This document shows, piece after piece, positions 1 to 6,508 of a stretch of DNA of 22,366 bases. Below the pieces are notes generated by a model. That model was not told the origin of the DNA and searched no databases. It was given only the letters and a program-made list of their open reading frames with translations. Position 1 is the first letter of the stretch, and every line of letters begins with the position of its first letter. Made by a program: the position numbers and the translations under genes. The stretch comes from a virus (Duplodnaviria > Heunggongvirae > Uroviricota > Caudoviricetes). The stretch is taken from IMG/VR virus record IMGVR_UViG_3300006919_000037; one strand, 5' to 3'.

Positions 1-120
1 AGCAGTAGCATCTTTCAATGTATCTGCAAATGCTATCTTTTCAAAACCGTGCTGTTCAACGAGAATATCACCCACAGTTCCCTTACCGGAACCAATAAAT
101 CCTATGATACCAATAATCAT
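1..120 (-). CDS. gp1: Deoxynucleoside monophosphate kinase (T4 gp1-like), 5' part, truncated by the window edge
   Basis: Not in the ORF track. Manual translation from ATG at 120 gives MIIGIIGFIGSGKGTVGDILVEQHGFEKIAFADTLKDATA: N-terminal P-loop GxxGSGK followed by the FADxLK motif typical of phage dNMP kinases. Confidence 0.85.
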   Translation of the reverse strand, partial: MIIGIIGFIGSGKGTVGDILVEQHGFEKIAFADTLKDATA

Positions 121-149
121 TTTTCATCATCTCTCTCTCTTTTTTATTG

Positions 150-1097
150 CTACAACCTTCCGGTCATTGCTGCAATAGATTTCATATCACCAGTGAATGC
201 ATATGTTCCAATATGCTGGGTTTTCATCCAAGGACATAGCCAGATGGCACCACCGATATTTCTCCAGTATTGACAGAACATATAGTCTTCACTGAGATAC
301 CTATGACTCACCGGATCAATAACTGTGTCGAAATATGCATGGATATATCGTGAGCCATCAAAATTTGCCTGTCCCTTATGATCTGGCTTGTATCTCAAAT
401 GTGGGTATGCATCCTTGAATTTCAAGAACACCTCACGTTTTATCATCATGTAACCAGTTCCAATTTCAAGAACTTCCAATGGTTCAACAACGGAAAACGA
501 CTTAGTGCCGGGGACCGGGTTGAACACGTAATCACCAACGAGTGTTTCCAACATTGCTGGGTTTGGTGCATCATGACCATTCTTTTCAGCAGCAGCAAAT
601 GCAGCAGCAACGTTATTCCAGTTGATCGACTTCTTTGGATATGGAGCACCTATAATCTCACGATCCATAGCCAGCAACTCTAACACATTCTTTGGATCGA
701 AGTGGACATCAGAGTCGATGAATATCATGTGTGTCATACCAGACCGGAGAAATTCATCCACCACATAATTACGTGCACGTGTAATCAGACTCTCGTTAAA
801 AAGGAAACTGAACCTGATTTCAATACCATTAGCCATACAGAGTCCCTGTAGGTCCAGACATGCTTTCATGTAAGGGCCATGGCACATCCCACCATACATC
901 GGAGTGGCCACAAAGAGTTTACGTTTACGAAGTTCTTCTATTGGAACTTCTAACTTGAATCCTTGTGGCTGTTGTACGGGCTTGGGAGAGCCACCGGGAG
1001 CCTTTAGGGGTGGTAGGTTAAGGTTGGTAGTGGTGCTTGGGATTTCAGCCTTGAGAGGCATCTTTGGTTTTAGGGATTGAGTCTTTTTGTCTTCCAT
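150..1097 (-). CDS. GT-A fold (GT2-like) glycosyltransferase
   Basis: Motifs FVATPMYGG, ESLITRARN, FIDSD (DxD), GAPYPKK, GTGYMMIKREVF and LSEDYMFC. Start moved to MEDKK (1097) because the upstream extension overlaps a promoter/hairpin. Confidence 0.75.
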   Translation of the reverse strand: MEDKKTQSLKPKMPLKAEIPSTTTNLNLPPLKAPGGSPKPVQQPQGFKLEVPIEELRKRKLFVATPMYGGMCHGPYMKACLDLQGLCMANGIEIRFSFLFNESLITRARNYVVDEFLRSGMTHMIFIDSDVHFDPKNVLELLAMDREIIGAPYPKKSINWNNVAAAFAAAEKNGHDAPNPAMLETLVGDYVFNPVPGTKSFSVVEPLEVLEIGTGYMMIKREVFLKFKDAYPHLRYKPDHKGQANFDGSRYIHAYFDTVIDPVSHRYLSEDYMFCQYWRNIGGAIWLCPWMKTQHIGTYAFTGDMKSIAAMTGRL

Positions 1098-1112
1098 TAT
1101 GATCCACCAGTT

Positions 1113-1151
1113 AATAAAATAAATGAGACAGACCAACATGGCTTGTCTCAT
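1113..1151 (-). terminator. Hairpin with U-rich tail (putative intrinsic terminator/attenuator)
   Basis: Minus strand ATGAGACA-agccatgttggtc-TGTCTCAT followed by TTATTTTATT; 8-bp perfect stem, extendable past one mismatch. Confidence 0.5.
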
Positions 1152-1152
1152 C

Positions 1153-1159
1153 TATTTAT
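1153..1159 (-). promoter_or_regulatory. T4-type late promoter (ATAAATA)
   Basis: Intergenic ATAAATA upstream of the glycosyltransferase; matches the core of the gp55-dependent TATAAATA consensus. Confidence 0.55.
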
Positions 1160-1183
1160 GGGCACATCACAGGAAGAGGGTGA

Positions 1184-2245
1184 TTAATTCCATTCAACAA
1201 ATTTGAAATCTTGTGGATCACCCAATATGAAATTACTTTCTGTTGTCTCAGGCTCGATTTCCTGAACCGTGTTAACATATTCCACCACACCCGGTTTAGC
1301 ATCTGGAGATGGTTTATTGTAATTCATATCAATCCGTTCATCCATTTTGGAGTACAGTTCAATGAATGAGTTTTTAGTAATCTCATCAAACCGGTTGATA
1401 CCAATTGTTATGGCTTTCCGTCTGTTACGGAAAATAGTGAATGCTTTGACAATATGCACCAACCTACGAGTCGATATCAGGTCACTAACGATACCATCAT
1501 TAAAATCGTTTCTGGTTTTCTCAGACCACATGGTGAGGTTTGTGGCAAATTCCTCATCAACAAACTTCAACTTCTCCATCATGTTCATGACGATCTGGTG
1601 TTCAATAACCCGTTTAGGATAGTCCTGTTCGAATGAGAAAGCAAACCGTTCAAGGAAAGCTTCATTCATATAGTTGTTCCCAACATACCGGTTATCAGTG
1701 GAACCACGACCCTTTGTATTAGCAGTGGCAATCACCATGAACCCATCAGCAGGTTGGACAACCTGACCGATTTTCTTGATGTAGATAGGACGACCATCCA
1801 GCATCTGTTGCAGGCACATGATTTTCATCATACCCATGTCAACCTCATCAAGGACCAGTACGGCACCCCGTTTCATGGCTACAACAGCAGCACCATCTTC
1901 CCACACCGTGCTACCGTCAATCAACCGGAACCCACCGATCAAATCTTCTTCACCGGTTTCCTCATCGAATGATGTGACGATACACTCACGATTCAGTTGT
2001 GCACAAACCTGTTCACACATCATGGTTTTCCCATTACCGGAATCACCTGATATGAAAATTGGTGAGAACTGTCCACTTTCCAGAATTGTCCGAATATCAC
2101 GAAAGTGACCAAACGGCACATATTCATTCACCTTGACTGGGATCAATGACCCCTTTTCGAATTCACCAATAGTAACGACTGGTTTATCTACGATCATGGC
2201 ACTCATTTTTTCAACTGTGTTTTCTTTTCTCATGGTTTGTGTCAT
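1184..2245 (-). CDS. MoxR/CobS-like AAA+ ATPase
   Basis: Walker A GDSGNGKT, Walker B VLVLDEVD, sensor ATAN, Arg-finger region FLERF, and ISTRRLV. Start uncertain (2245 or 2233). Confidence 0.9.
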   Translation of the reverse strand: MTQTMRKENTVEKMSAMIVDKPVVTIGEFEKGSLIPVKVNEYVPFGHFRDIRTILESGQFSPIFISGDSGNGKTMMCEQVCAQLNRECIVTSFDEETGEEDLIGGFRLIDGSTVWEDGAAVVAMKRGAVLVLDEVDMGMMKIMCLQQMLDGRPIYIKKIGQVVQPADGFMVIATANTKGRGSTDNRYVGNNYMNEAFLERFAFSFEQDYPKRVIEHQIVMNMMEKLKFVDEEFATNLTMWSEKTRNDFNDGIVSDLISTRRLVHIVKAFTIFRNRRKAITIGINRFDEITKNSFIELYSKMDERIDMNYNKPSPDAKPGVVEYVNTVQEIEPETTESNFILGDPQDFKFVEWN

Positions 2246-2270
2246 AGCACATTGTCCTTATGTTTGTCAA
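2241..2270 (-). promoter_or_regulatory. Possible sigma70-type early promoter for the AAA+ gene
   Basis: TTGACA-N18-TATGAC with TGTGC just upstream of the -10; overlaps the stop codon of the vWA gene. Confidence 0.35.
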
Positions 2271-4348
2271 ATCAAATCGGAGATATAATCAACATATTGT
2301 CGGATGAAAATCCGTTCCTTCTTCAGCTTATCAAAAATCTTATCACTATGTGATGTGATGTGGATACGTGGAGAGACCACAAACTCAATGTCATATCCCA
2401 CGGAGTCGAGAACTATGAAATCCTCAGTTGCAAGAGCTTTTTTTTCAATAGGCAGATAGTTCAGGTCTTTCACCAAATCGATATGAATAAGATTGACATT
2501 TTTCAGTCTCTCTTTCAGATGAAGCAAAATCAGATCATTTTCAGTTCTGATCGATTTGTTATTCAACATATAATTGGTCTCTGGATCATATGTAACAAAA
2601 TTCTTCAACACGGCACCCTCTGAATTCCTCAAACTGTCTGTTGCACAACCATCGGTTATGAATATCAGGTTATTCACCTCAGTGCTGTTCCTATTCTGAA
2701 ACCGTTGCATAATATTCTGGGAGATTAACGTAGAACCCAACAATGGAGTAGAAGACAACTTTGTGTGTCTATATGCACTGTTTGCACCCATGGTGTAAAC
2801 AACCTCACAGGCTTTGTTGAAATCCTCAATTTTCATATCACTCGACAATATTTTCCACAACTGGAATTTGGCACCTTGATCAATATTGAACATATCATCA
2901 GCTTCTTTTTCGGAAAACGGGTAACCACCTCTTTTACTATTGAAGGTGTAAATCTCAAACGGTATCCTGAGTTGACGGCAGAACATTGCAAGAGATATTG
3001 ATTTCTCAAGAACCGATTTCAGGATACTACTCATGGATGAAGACCAGTCTAGGATCATCACAAACCCGTGATTTTTACCCTTCTTGAAAACCCTCTTGGT
3101 ATTGAAAATCTTATCACTGTGCTTGTAGTTGTGCAACTTTTTGGTGTTCAGAGTCCCCTTCTGGGAGATTTTGGAATTGACCCACGACCGGGCAGCTTGT
3201 TTGGCTGTAAATTCCTTGACCATGTAGTTTACAATATGGGTCTCTGTTTTCTTCCATTTCTCGAAAACAGCACTTTTAGAGTTTGACAATTCCGGGCAAC
3301 CATTAACATGCTCCATGAAACCATCATCAACAATACATTTTTCCCAATCAGATTTGATGGATGGAACCCTATAAAATTTTCTATTCTGTGTCGATGATTG
3401 ATTGATTGTTGATTCCAACTGATCATTAAAGATGGACATCTCTTCTGGTCGGTCCAGTTCAACATCTTCATCATCTTCTTCATCTTCTTCAGTGTCACTT
3501 GGACCTGCACCATCAGATGGTTCTGACATAGATGGAAGATCAGGCTCAGTGCTATCAGGCTCAGTGCTCTCAGGCTCTTCATCATCTTCTTCAGTGTCAC
3601 TTGGACCTGCACCATCAGATGGAAAATCAGGCTCAGTGCTCTCAGGCTCAGTGCTCTCACCATCAAATTTTTCAGATGGTAATGATGGAAGAGGATTTTG
3701 TTTCTTCCGTTTCTTGGTCAACTTCTTCTCACGAAGGATCATTTCAATAGCACGATCCCTCACATCTTCCATGGTCCTCATTTTCCAAACACGATTAACG
3801 ATATCTAGTTCTTCGTCTGAAAACTCAAGACGGATGTTTTTCTCACCAATCTTATCCTTGAACAAGATCAGTTCAATCAACAGCTTCTTCTTGGTGTTGT
3901 ATGAAAATCCAACACGGGCAGAAAAGAATTCCAAACTCATCAATTCAGCACCACCGATATTGAAATCCTTCTTCGTACCGGGATACATTCTCTTGATGAA
4001 ATTGTTGATTCGAACATCTTCCAATATCTGGAAATAGTCGTTTACCACCAAAGAACTAACCTTGGTTTTTTTGACTATCTCTTTCTGATATTCAACCCAT
4101 TTCTTTGGGTCTGTGTTAATGGCATGGGAGACCTCATGACTTATAAACAAATCCAATATCTCAGGACTCACATCCCAACTGGGAATTGTGATAACCCTTC
4201 TGGCAAGATCAATGGATGCTGTTTTGGCAGTCTTGGACTGGACAATGGTCAAACGACCATCAGAGGACATCATACGTGCAAGGGCTTCCTTGGAACGTAA
4301 TTGTGTCTGGGATCGTTTGGTGTCGGGACGTTGTTTTAATTTTTGCAT
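2267..4348 (-). CDS. CobT-like protein: N-terminal HEXXH metallopeptidase-like domain, acidic repeat linker, C-terminal vWA domain
   Basis: HEVSH followed by LEDVRIN; MIDAS motif DWSSSM, plus STPL and FITDG. Adjacent to a MoxR AAA+ ATPase. ATG at 4348 preferred over TTG at 4384, which is part of a TTGACA box. Confidence 0.85.
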   Translation of the reverse strand: MQKLKQRPDTKRSQTQLRSKEALARMMSSDGRLTIVQSKTAKTASIDLARRVITIPSWDVSPEILDLFISHEVSHAINTDPKKWVEYQKEIVKKTKVSSLVVNDYFQILEDVRINNFIKRMYPGTKKDFNIGGAELMSLEFFSARVGFSYNTKKKLLIELILFKDKIGEKNIRLEFSDEELDIVNRVWKMRTMEDVRDRAIEMILREKKLTKKRKKQNPLPSLPSEKFDGESTEPESTEPDFPSDGAGPSDTEEDDEEPESTEPDSTEPDLPSMSEPSDGAGPSDTEEDEEDDEDVELDRPEEMSIFNDQLESTINQSSTQNRKFYRVPSIKSDWEKCIVDDGFMEHVNGCPELSNSKSAVFEKWKKTETHIVNYMVKEFTAKQAARSWVNSKISQKGTLNTKKLHNYKHSDKIFNTKRVFKKGKNHGFVMILDWSSSMSSILKSVLEKSISLAMFCRQLRIPFEIYTFNSKRGGYPFSEKEADDMFNIDQGAKFQLWKILSSDMKIEDFNKACEVVYTMGANSAYRHTKLSSTPLLGSTLISQNIMQRFQNRNSTEVNNLIFITDGCATDSLRNSEGAVLKNFVTYDPETNYMLNNKSIRTENDLILLHLKERLKNVNLIHIDLVKDLNYLPIEKKALATEDFIVLDSVGYDIEFVVSPRIHITSHSDKIFDKLKKERIFIRQYVDYISDLI
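3481..3660. repeat. Intragenic direct repeats encoding the acidic linker
   Basis: 40-bp exact repeat CATCTTCTTCAGTGTCACTTGGACCTGCACCATCAGATGG at 3481-3520 and 3583-3622; 15-bp units TCAGGCTCAGTGCT(C/A) at 3540, 3555, 3627 and 3642 (encoding (E/D)STEP). Confidence 0.95.
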
Positions 4349-4387
4349 GTGAATATAGCTATCAGACTTTTCGAGCCGTGTCAATAC

Positions 4388-4394
4388 CTAAATA
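4388..4394 (+). promoter_or_regulatory. Late-type promoter variant (CTAAATA)
   Basis: CTAAATA 19 nt upstream of the ATG at 4414; the same variant recurs intergenically elsewhere in the window. Confidence 0.45.
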
Positions 4395-4413
4395 TACGGA
4401 AAGGTGGGCCACT

Positions 4414-4608
4414 ATGCAAATAGACAAAAAAAATCAAAAAGTCACTGTGACGTACAAAGACAATAAGATCAGCATCTTCAATGAAGACAGATCGGTTGCC
4501 GGTGTATTAGAGATATCCGGAACCAATCTGAAAAATATGTACTGGGGTAAAAAAGGATATGGAACTCTTCACCTTCAGGTCATTGAAGAAGAAGACGACG
4601 AATCCTAA
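4414..4608 (+). CDS. Hypothetical protein, 64 aa; the only plausible plus-strand gene
   Basis: 3' half of track ORF 4216-4608; ATG preceded by GGAAAGGTGG RBS and CTAAATA; fills otherwise empty intergenic space. Confidence 0.65.
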   Translation: MQIDKKNQKVTVTYKDNKISIFNEDRSVAGVLEISGTNLKNMYWGKKGYGTLHLQVIEEEDDES

Positions 4609-4805
4609 CGTTCAATATCGATATTCTTAACGTCATTGAAATCAATATCACCCAACAGTCCTGATGACCATTGCAGGATGAAATTACTGTTCTTGATTTC
4701 GTCAAGATGAATTCTTGGTGAGACGGTTAGTATACGATTCTCACGGGCTACATTGATTGTCAGAAGGACGTTGCCCACTGCATCTTTAAGGTGTAGTTTT
4801 GTCAT
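4605..4805 (-). CDS. Hypothetical protein, 66 aa
   Basis: GGAG 9 nt before the ATG of MTKLHLK; lies downstream of the tRNA-like gene and converges on 4414-4608 with overlapping stops. Confidence 0.55.
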   Translation of the reverse strand: MTKLHLKDAVGNVLLTINVARENRILTVSPRIHLDEIKNSNFILQWSSGLLGDIDFNDVKNIDIER

Positions 4806-4827
4806 TGGACTCATCTCCAGAAAAAAA

Positions 4828-4907
4828 TGGAGCACCTGATAGGATTCGAACCTACATGTTTCCGGTTAACCTTTCGACTGGTTCGTAGCCAGAGGGTATA
4901 CAGATGC
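4828..4907 (-). ncRNA. Atypical D-armless tRNA-Arg(ACG)-like RNA, 80 nt
   Basis: Acceptor GCATCTG/CAGGTGC + T + CCA; T-arm GTAGG-TTCGAAT-CCTAT; hairpin CTGG-CTACGAA-CCAG; only 8 nt between acceptor and anticodon hairpin; 22-nt segment before the T-arm. Confidence 0.75.
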
Positions 4908-4924
4908 ATTGTTTGTAAACGAAA

Positions 4925-4950
4925 TTAGGGTGACAAAAATGCCACCCTAA
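4925..4950 (-). terminator. 11-bp hairpin, putative intrinsic terminator
   Basis: Minus strand TTAGGGTGGCA-TTTT-TGTCACCCTAA followed by TTTCGTTT. Confidence 0.6.
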
Positions 4951-5000
4951 CTAAACTTGCAAGACTTAAAGTGCCAAACTTGGCTCTTTATGTGATTGGA

Positions 5001-5183
5001 TTAACGGCCACCCTTTGGCTCTTTATCCCAATCATGACCACCACCAGTGATGTTGGTCTTCTTGTCTAGTGTAGGGGTTGGACCACCATCACCTTTGACA
5101 TCATCACCTTCTGAGGTAGATGGGTTAACTGCTGGGCCGGAAACGTCTTCTTCTTCTTTAGGTGTATCACCCATTGTATTCAT
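5001..5183 (-). CDS. Small acidic, Gly/Pro-rich hypothetical protein (57-60 aa; likely start 5174)
   Basis: AAAGGA RBS; upstream CTAAATA at 5213-5219 and a downstream hairpin. Confidence 0.6.
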   Translation of the reverse strand: MNTMGDTPKEEEDVSGPAVNPSTSEGDDVKGDGGPTPTLDKKTNITGGGHDWDKEPKGGR

Positions 5184-5212
5184 TCCTTTTTGTTAGTAGT
5201 CGGTTTCATTAG

Positions 5213-5219
5213 TATTTAG
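5213..5219 (-). promoter_or_regulatory. Late-type promoter variant (CTAAATA)
   Basis: Immediately downstream of the tRNA-Asp CCA and upstream of ORF 5001-5183. Confidence 0.45.
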
Positions 5220-5225
5220 GGAAAC

Positions 5226-5299
5226 TGGCAGGGACAGGGGGAATCGAACCCCCAACGTCTGATAGACAATCAGGCATGTTACCACTACACTATGCCCCC
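5226..5299 (-). tRNA. tRNA-Asp(GTC)
   Basis: Cloverleaf folded by hand; anticodon loop TT-GTC-TA; G73; encoded CCA. Confidence 0.9.
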
Positions 5300-5313
5300 A
5301 TTGTCAGTTTCAT

Positions 5314-5487
5314 TCAATACTTCATTGCACTCAGTGCTGCACGAAATCTCCTACCACAATCTGGTTTGAAAGTGGCACCCTGCTTAGTTCCGTAGAACTT
5401 GCAACCTGCCAGATAAACCTTGCCACGATTTTTCGACGTGGGGTGGAAGACTCGTTCTCTGTTATCTGTTATCAATACTTTAGTCAT
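5314..5487 (-). CDS. Small basic hypothetical protein, 57 aa
   Basis: MTKVLITDNRER...; GAGG RBS upstream. The track's longer start overlaps tRNA-Val and was rejected. Confidence 0.6.
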   Translation of the reverse strand: MTKVLITDNRERVFHPTSKNRGKVYLAGCKFYGTKQGATFKPDCGRRFRAALSAMKY

Positions 5488-5509
5488 TAACAACCTCATA
5501 TTATGAAAA

Positions 5510-5585
5510 TGGTGCCCGGTGTCGGAATCGAACCAACGGCATCCTGCATGTAAAACAGGCACTCTACCAACTGAGTTAACCGGGC
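5510..5585 (-). tRNA. tRNA-Val(TAC)
   Basis: Cloverleaf; loop TT-TAC-AT; A73; CCA. Confidence 0.93.
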
Positions 5586-5601
5586 ATTACTGTCCTATCC
5601 A

Positions 5602-5647
5602 TATTTATGGACACAATATGATATAGTATGATTTATGCCACTGTCAA
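5602..5647 (-). promoter_or_regulatory. Tandem early (sigma70-like) and late promoters upstream of tRNA-Val
   Basis: TTGACA(5647-5642)-N16-TATATC and ATAAATA (5608-5602). Confidence 0.55.
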
Positions 5648-6508
5648 GGGTGATATGCAATGATTTCTCTTATAACCCTCTATCGTGTCCATGATGATAT
5701 CATCAAGGTTCTTCATATATGGCAGTGATGCCTCATCATTAACCTGAAATGACGGGTCACCCACCCTAAGATCACCCATCAAAATCTTCTTCTTCTCTCC
5801 GGTCACCCTGTGATATGATTTCAGGACATCATGGATTGAGCTACCAACCCCTGTTCCGATATACCACGGCTCCCCAAGTCTGGGAAATCTACCGTGAATC
5901 ACAGCAGCCAATGCCCTACACACGTCATACACATGAACATAATCTCTCACAATATCAGGATCACCATTGATTGTCAAAGGTTTATTTGAAACCAGATTTG
6001 GAATCAGGTGTGTCTCTGGCTCATGATCCTCAACAGCATTGCATAATGGTATATGACCAGCAACATTATGCAATCTATACGTGTATGTGTATCTGTCATC
6101 CCATTTTCTGTCAAAATATTCCTCACTCATCAATTTACTGATTGCATAATGACTATCTGATACATCCACACTGGCAGAAGATACCATCACAAAATGATCA
6201 CAACTCAAACCCCCAACCAATTCATTAACCTGAACCGTGTTGAGATAAGCAAGATGTGGGTCCACATTGAAAACCGGCACTGATGAAGACCCTGCAAGAT
6301 GAAATATATAATCGTACCTGACGGCTTTCATCAATTTATGTGACCTACAATCAGTATTCCATACCATGTTGAATAGATTTCTATGTATCACATTTTCTGG
6401 GTGTTTATCATATCCATATAGTTCAATAGAATGATTCATCGGACGTGACAGGTAATATGCAAGCTGATTACCTATGTATCCACCAGCACCTGTTATCAAT
6501 ATCTTCAT
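5633..6508 (-). CDS. NAD-dependent nucleotide-sugar epimerase/dehydratase (GalE-like extended SDR)
   Basis: ITGAGGYIG Rossmann motif, HLAG, SSAS, catalytic YAISK, EDHEPETHLIP and RDYVHVYD; ATGA overlap with the NAMPT stop. Confidence 0.88.
   Translation of the reverse strand: MKILITGAGGYIGNQLAYYLSRPMNHSIELYGYDKHPENVIHRNLFNMVWNTDCRSHKLMKAVRYDYIFHLAGSSSVPVFNVDPHLAYLNTVQVNELVGGLSCDHFVMVSSASVDVSDSHYAISKLMSEEYFDRKWDDRYTYTYRLHNVAGHIPLCNAVEDHEPETHLIPNLVSNKPLTINGDPDIVRDYVHVYDVCRALAAVIHGRFPRLGEPWYIGTGVGSSIHDVLKSYHRVTGEKKKILMGDLRVGDPSFQVNDEASLPYMKNLDDIIMDTIEGYKRNHCISPLTVA

Noticed and set aside
3432-4037. 201-aa Ser-rich plus-strand ORF, and the 145-aa alternative-frame minus ORF at 3229-3666
   Set aside because: Shadows of the repetitive acidic linker of the vWA gene; low complexity, no RBS or promoter.
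1184-4348. Cobalamin cobaltochelatase (CobNST) function
   Set aside because: No cobN or other cob genes in the window; the HEXXH domain and phage context fit a generic MoxR-vWA system.
4216-4413. N-terminal 66 aa of track ORF 4216-4608
   Set aside because: Antisense to the vWA gene; the RBS and promoter support a start at 4414.
4828-4907. tmRNA interpretation of the D-armless RNA
   Set aside because: No G3-U70 alanine identity pair, far too short, and no tag ORF.
5488-5562. Upstream extension of ORF 5314-5562
   Set aside because: Overlaps tRNA-Val; there is an RBS at the internal ATG (5487).
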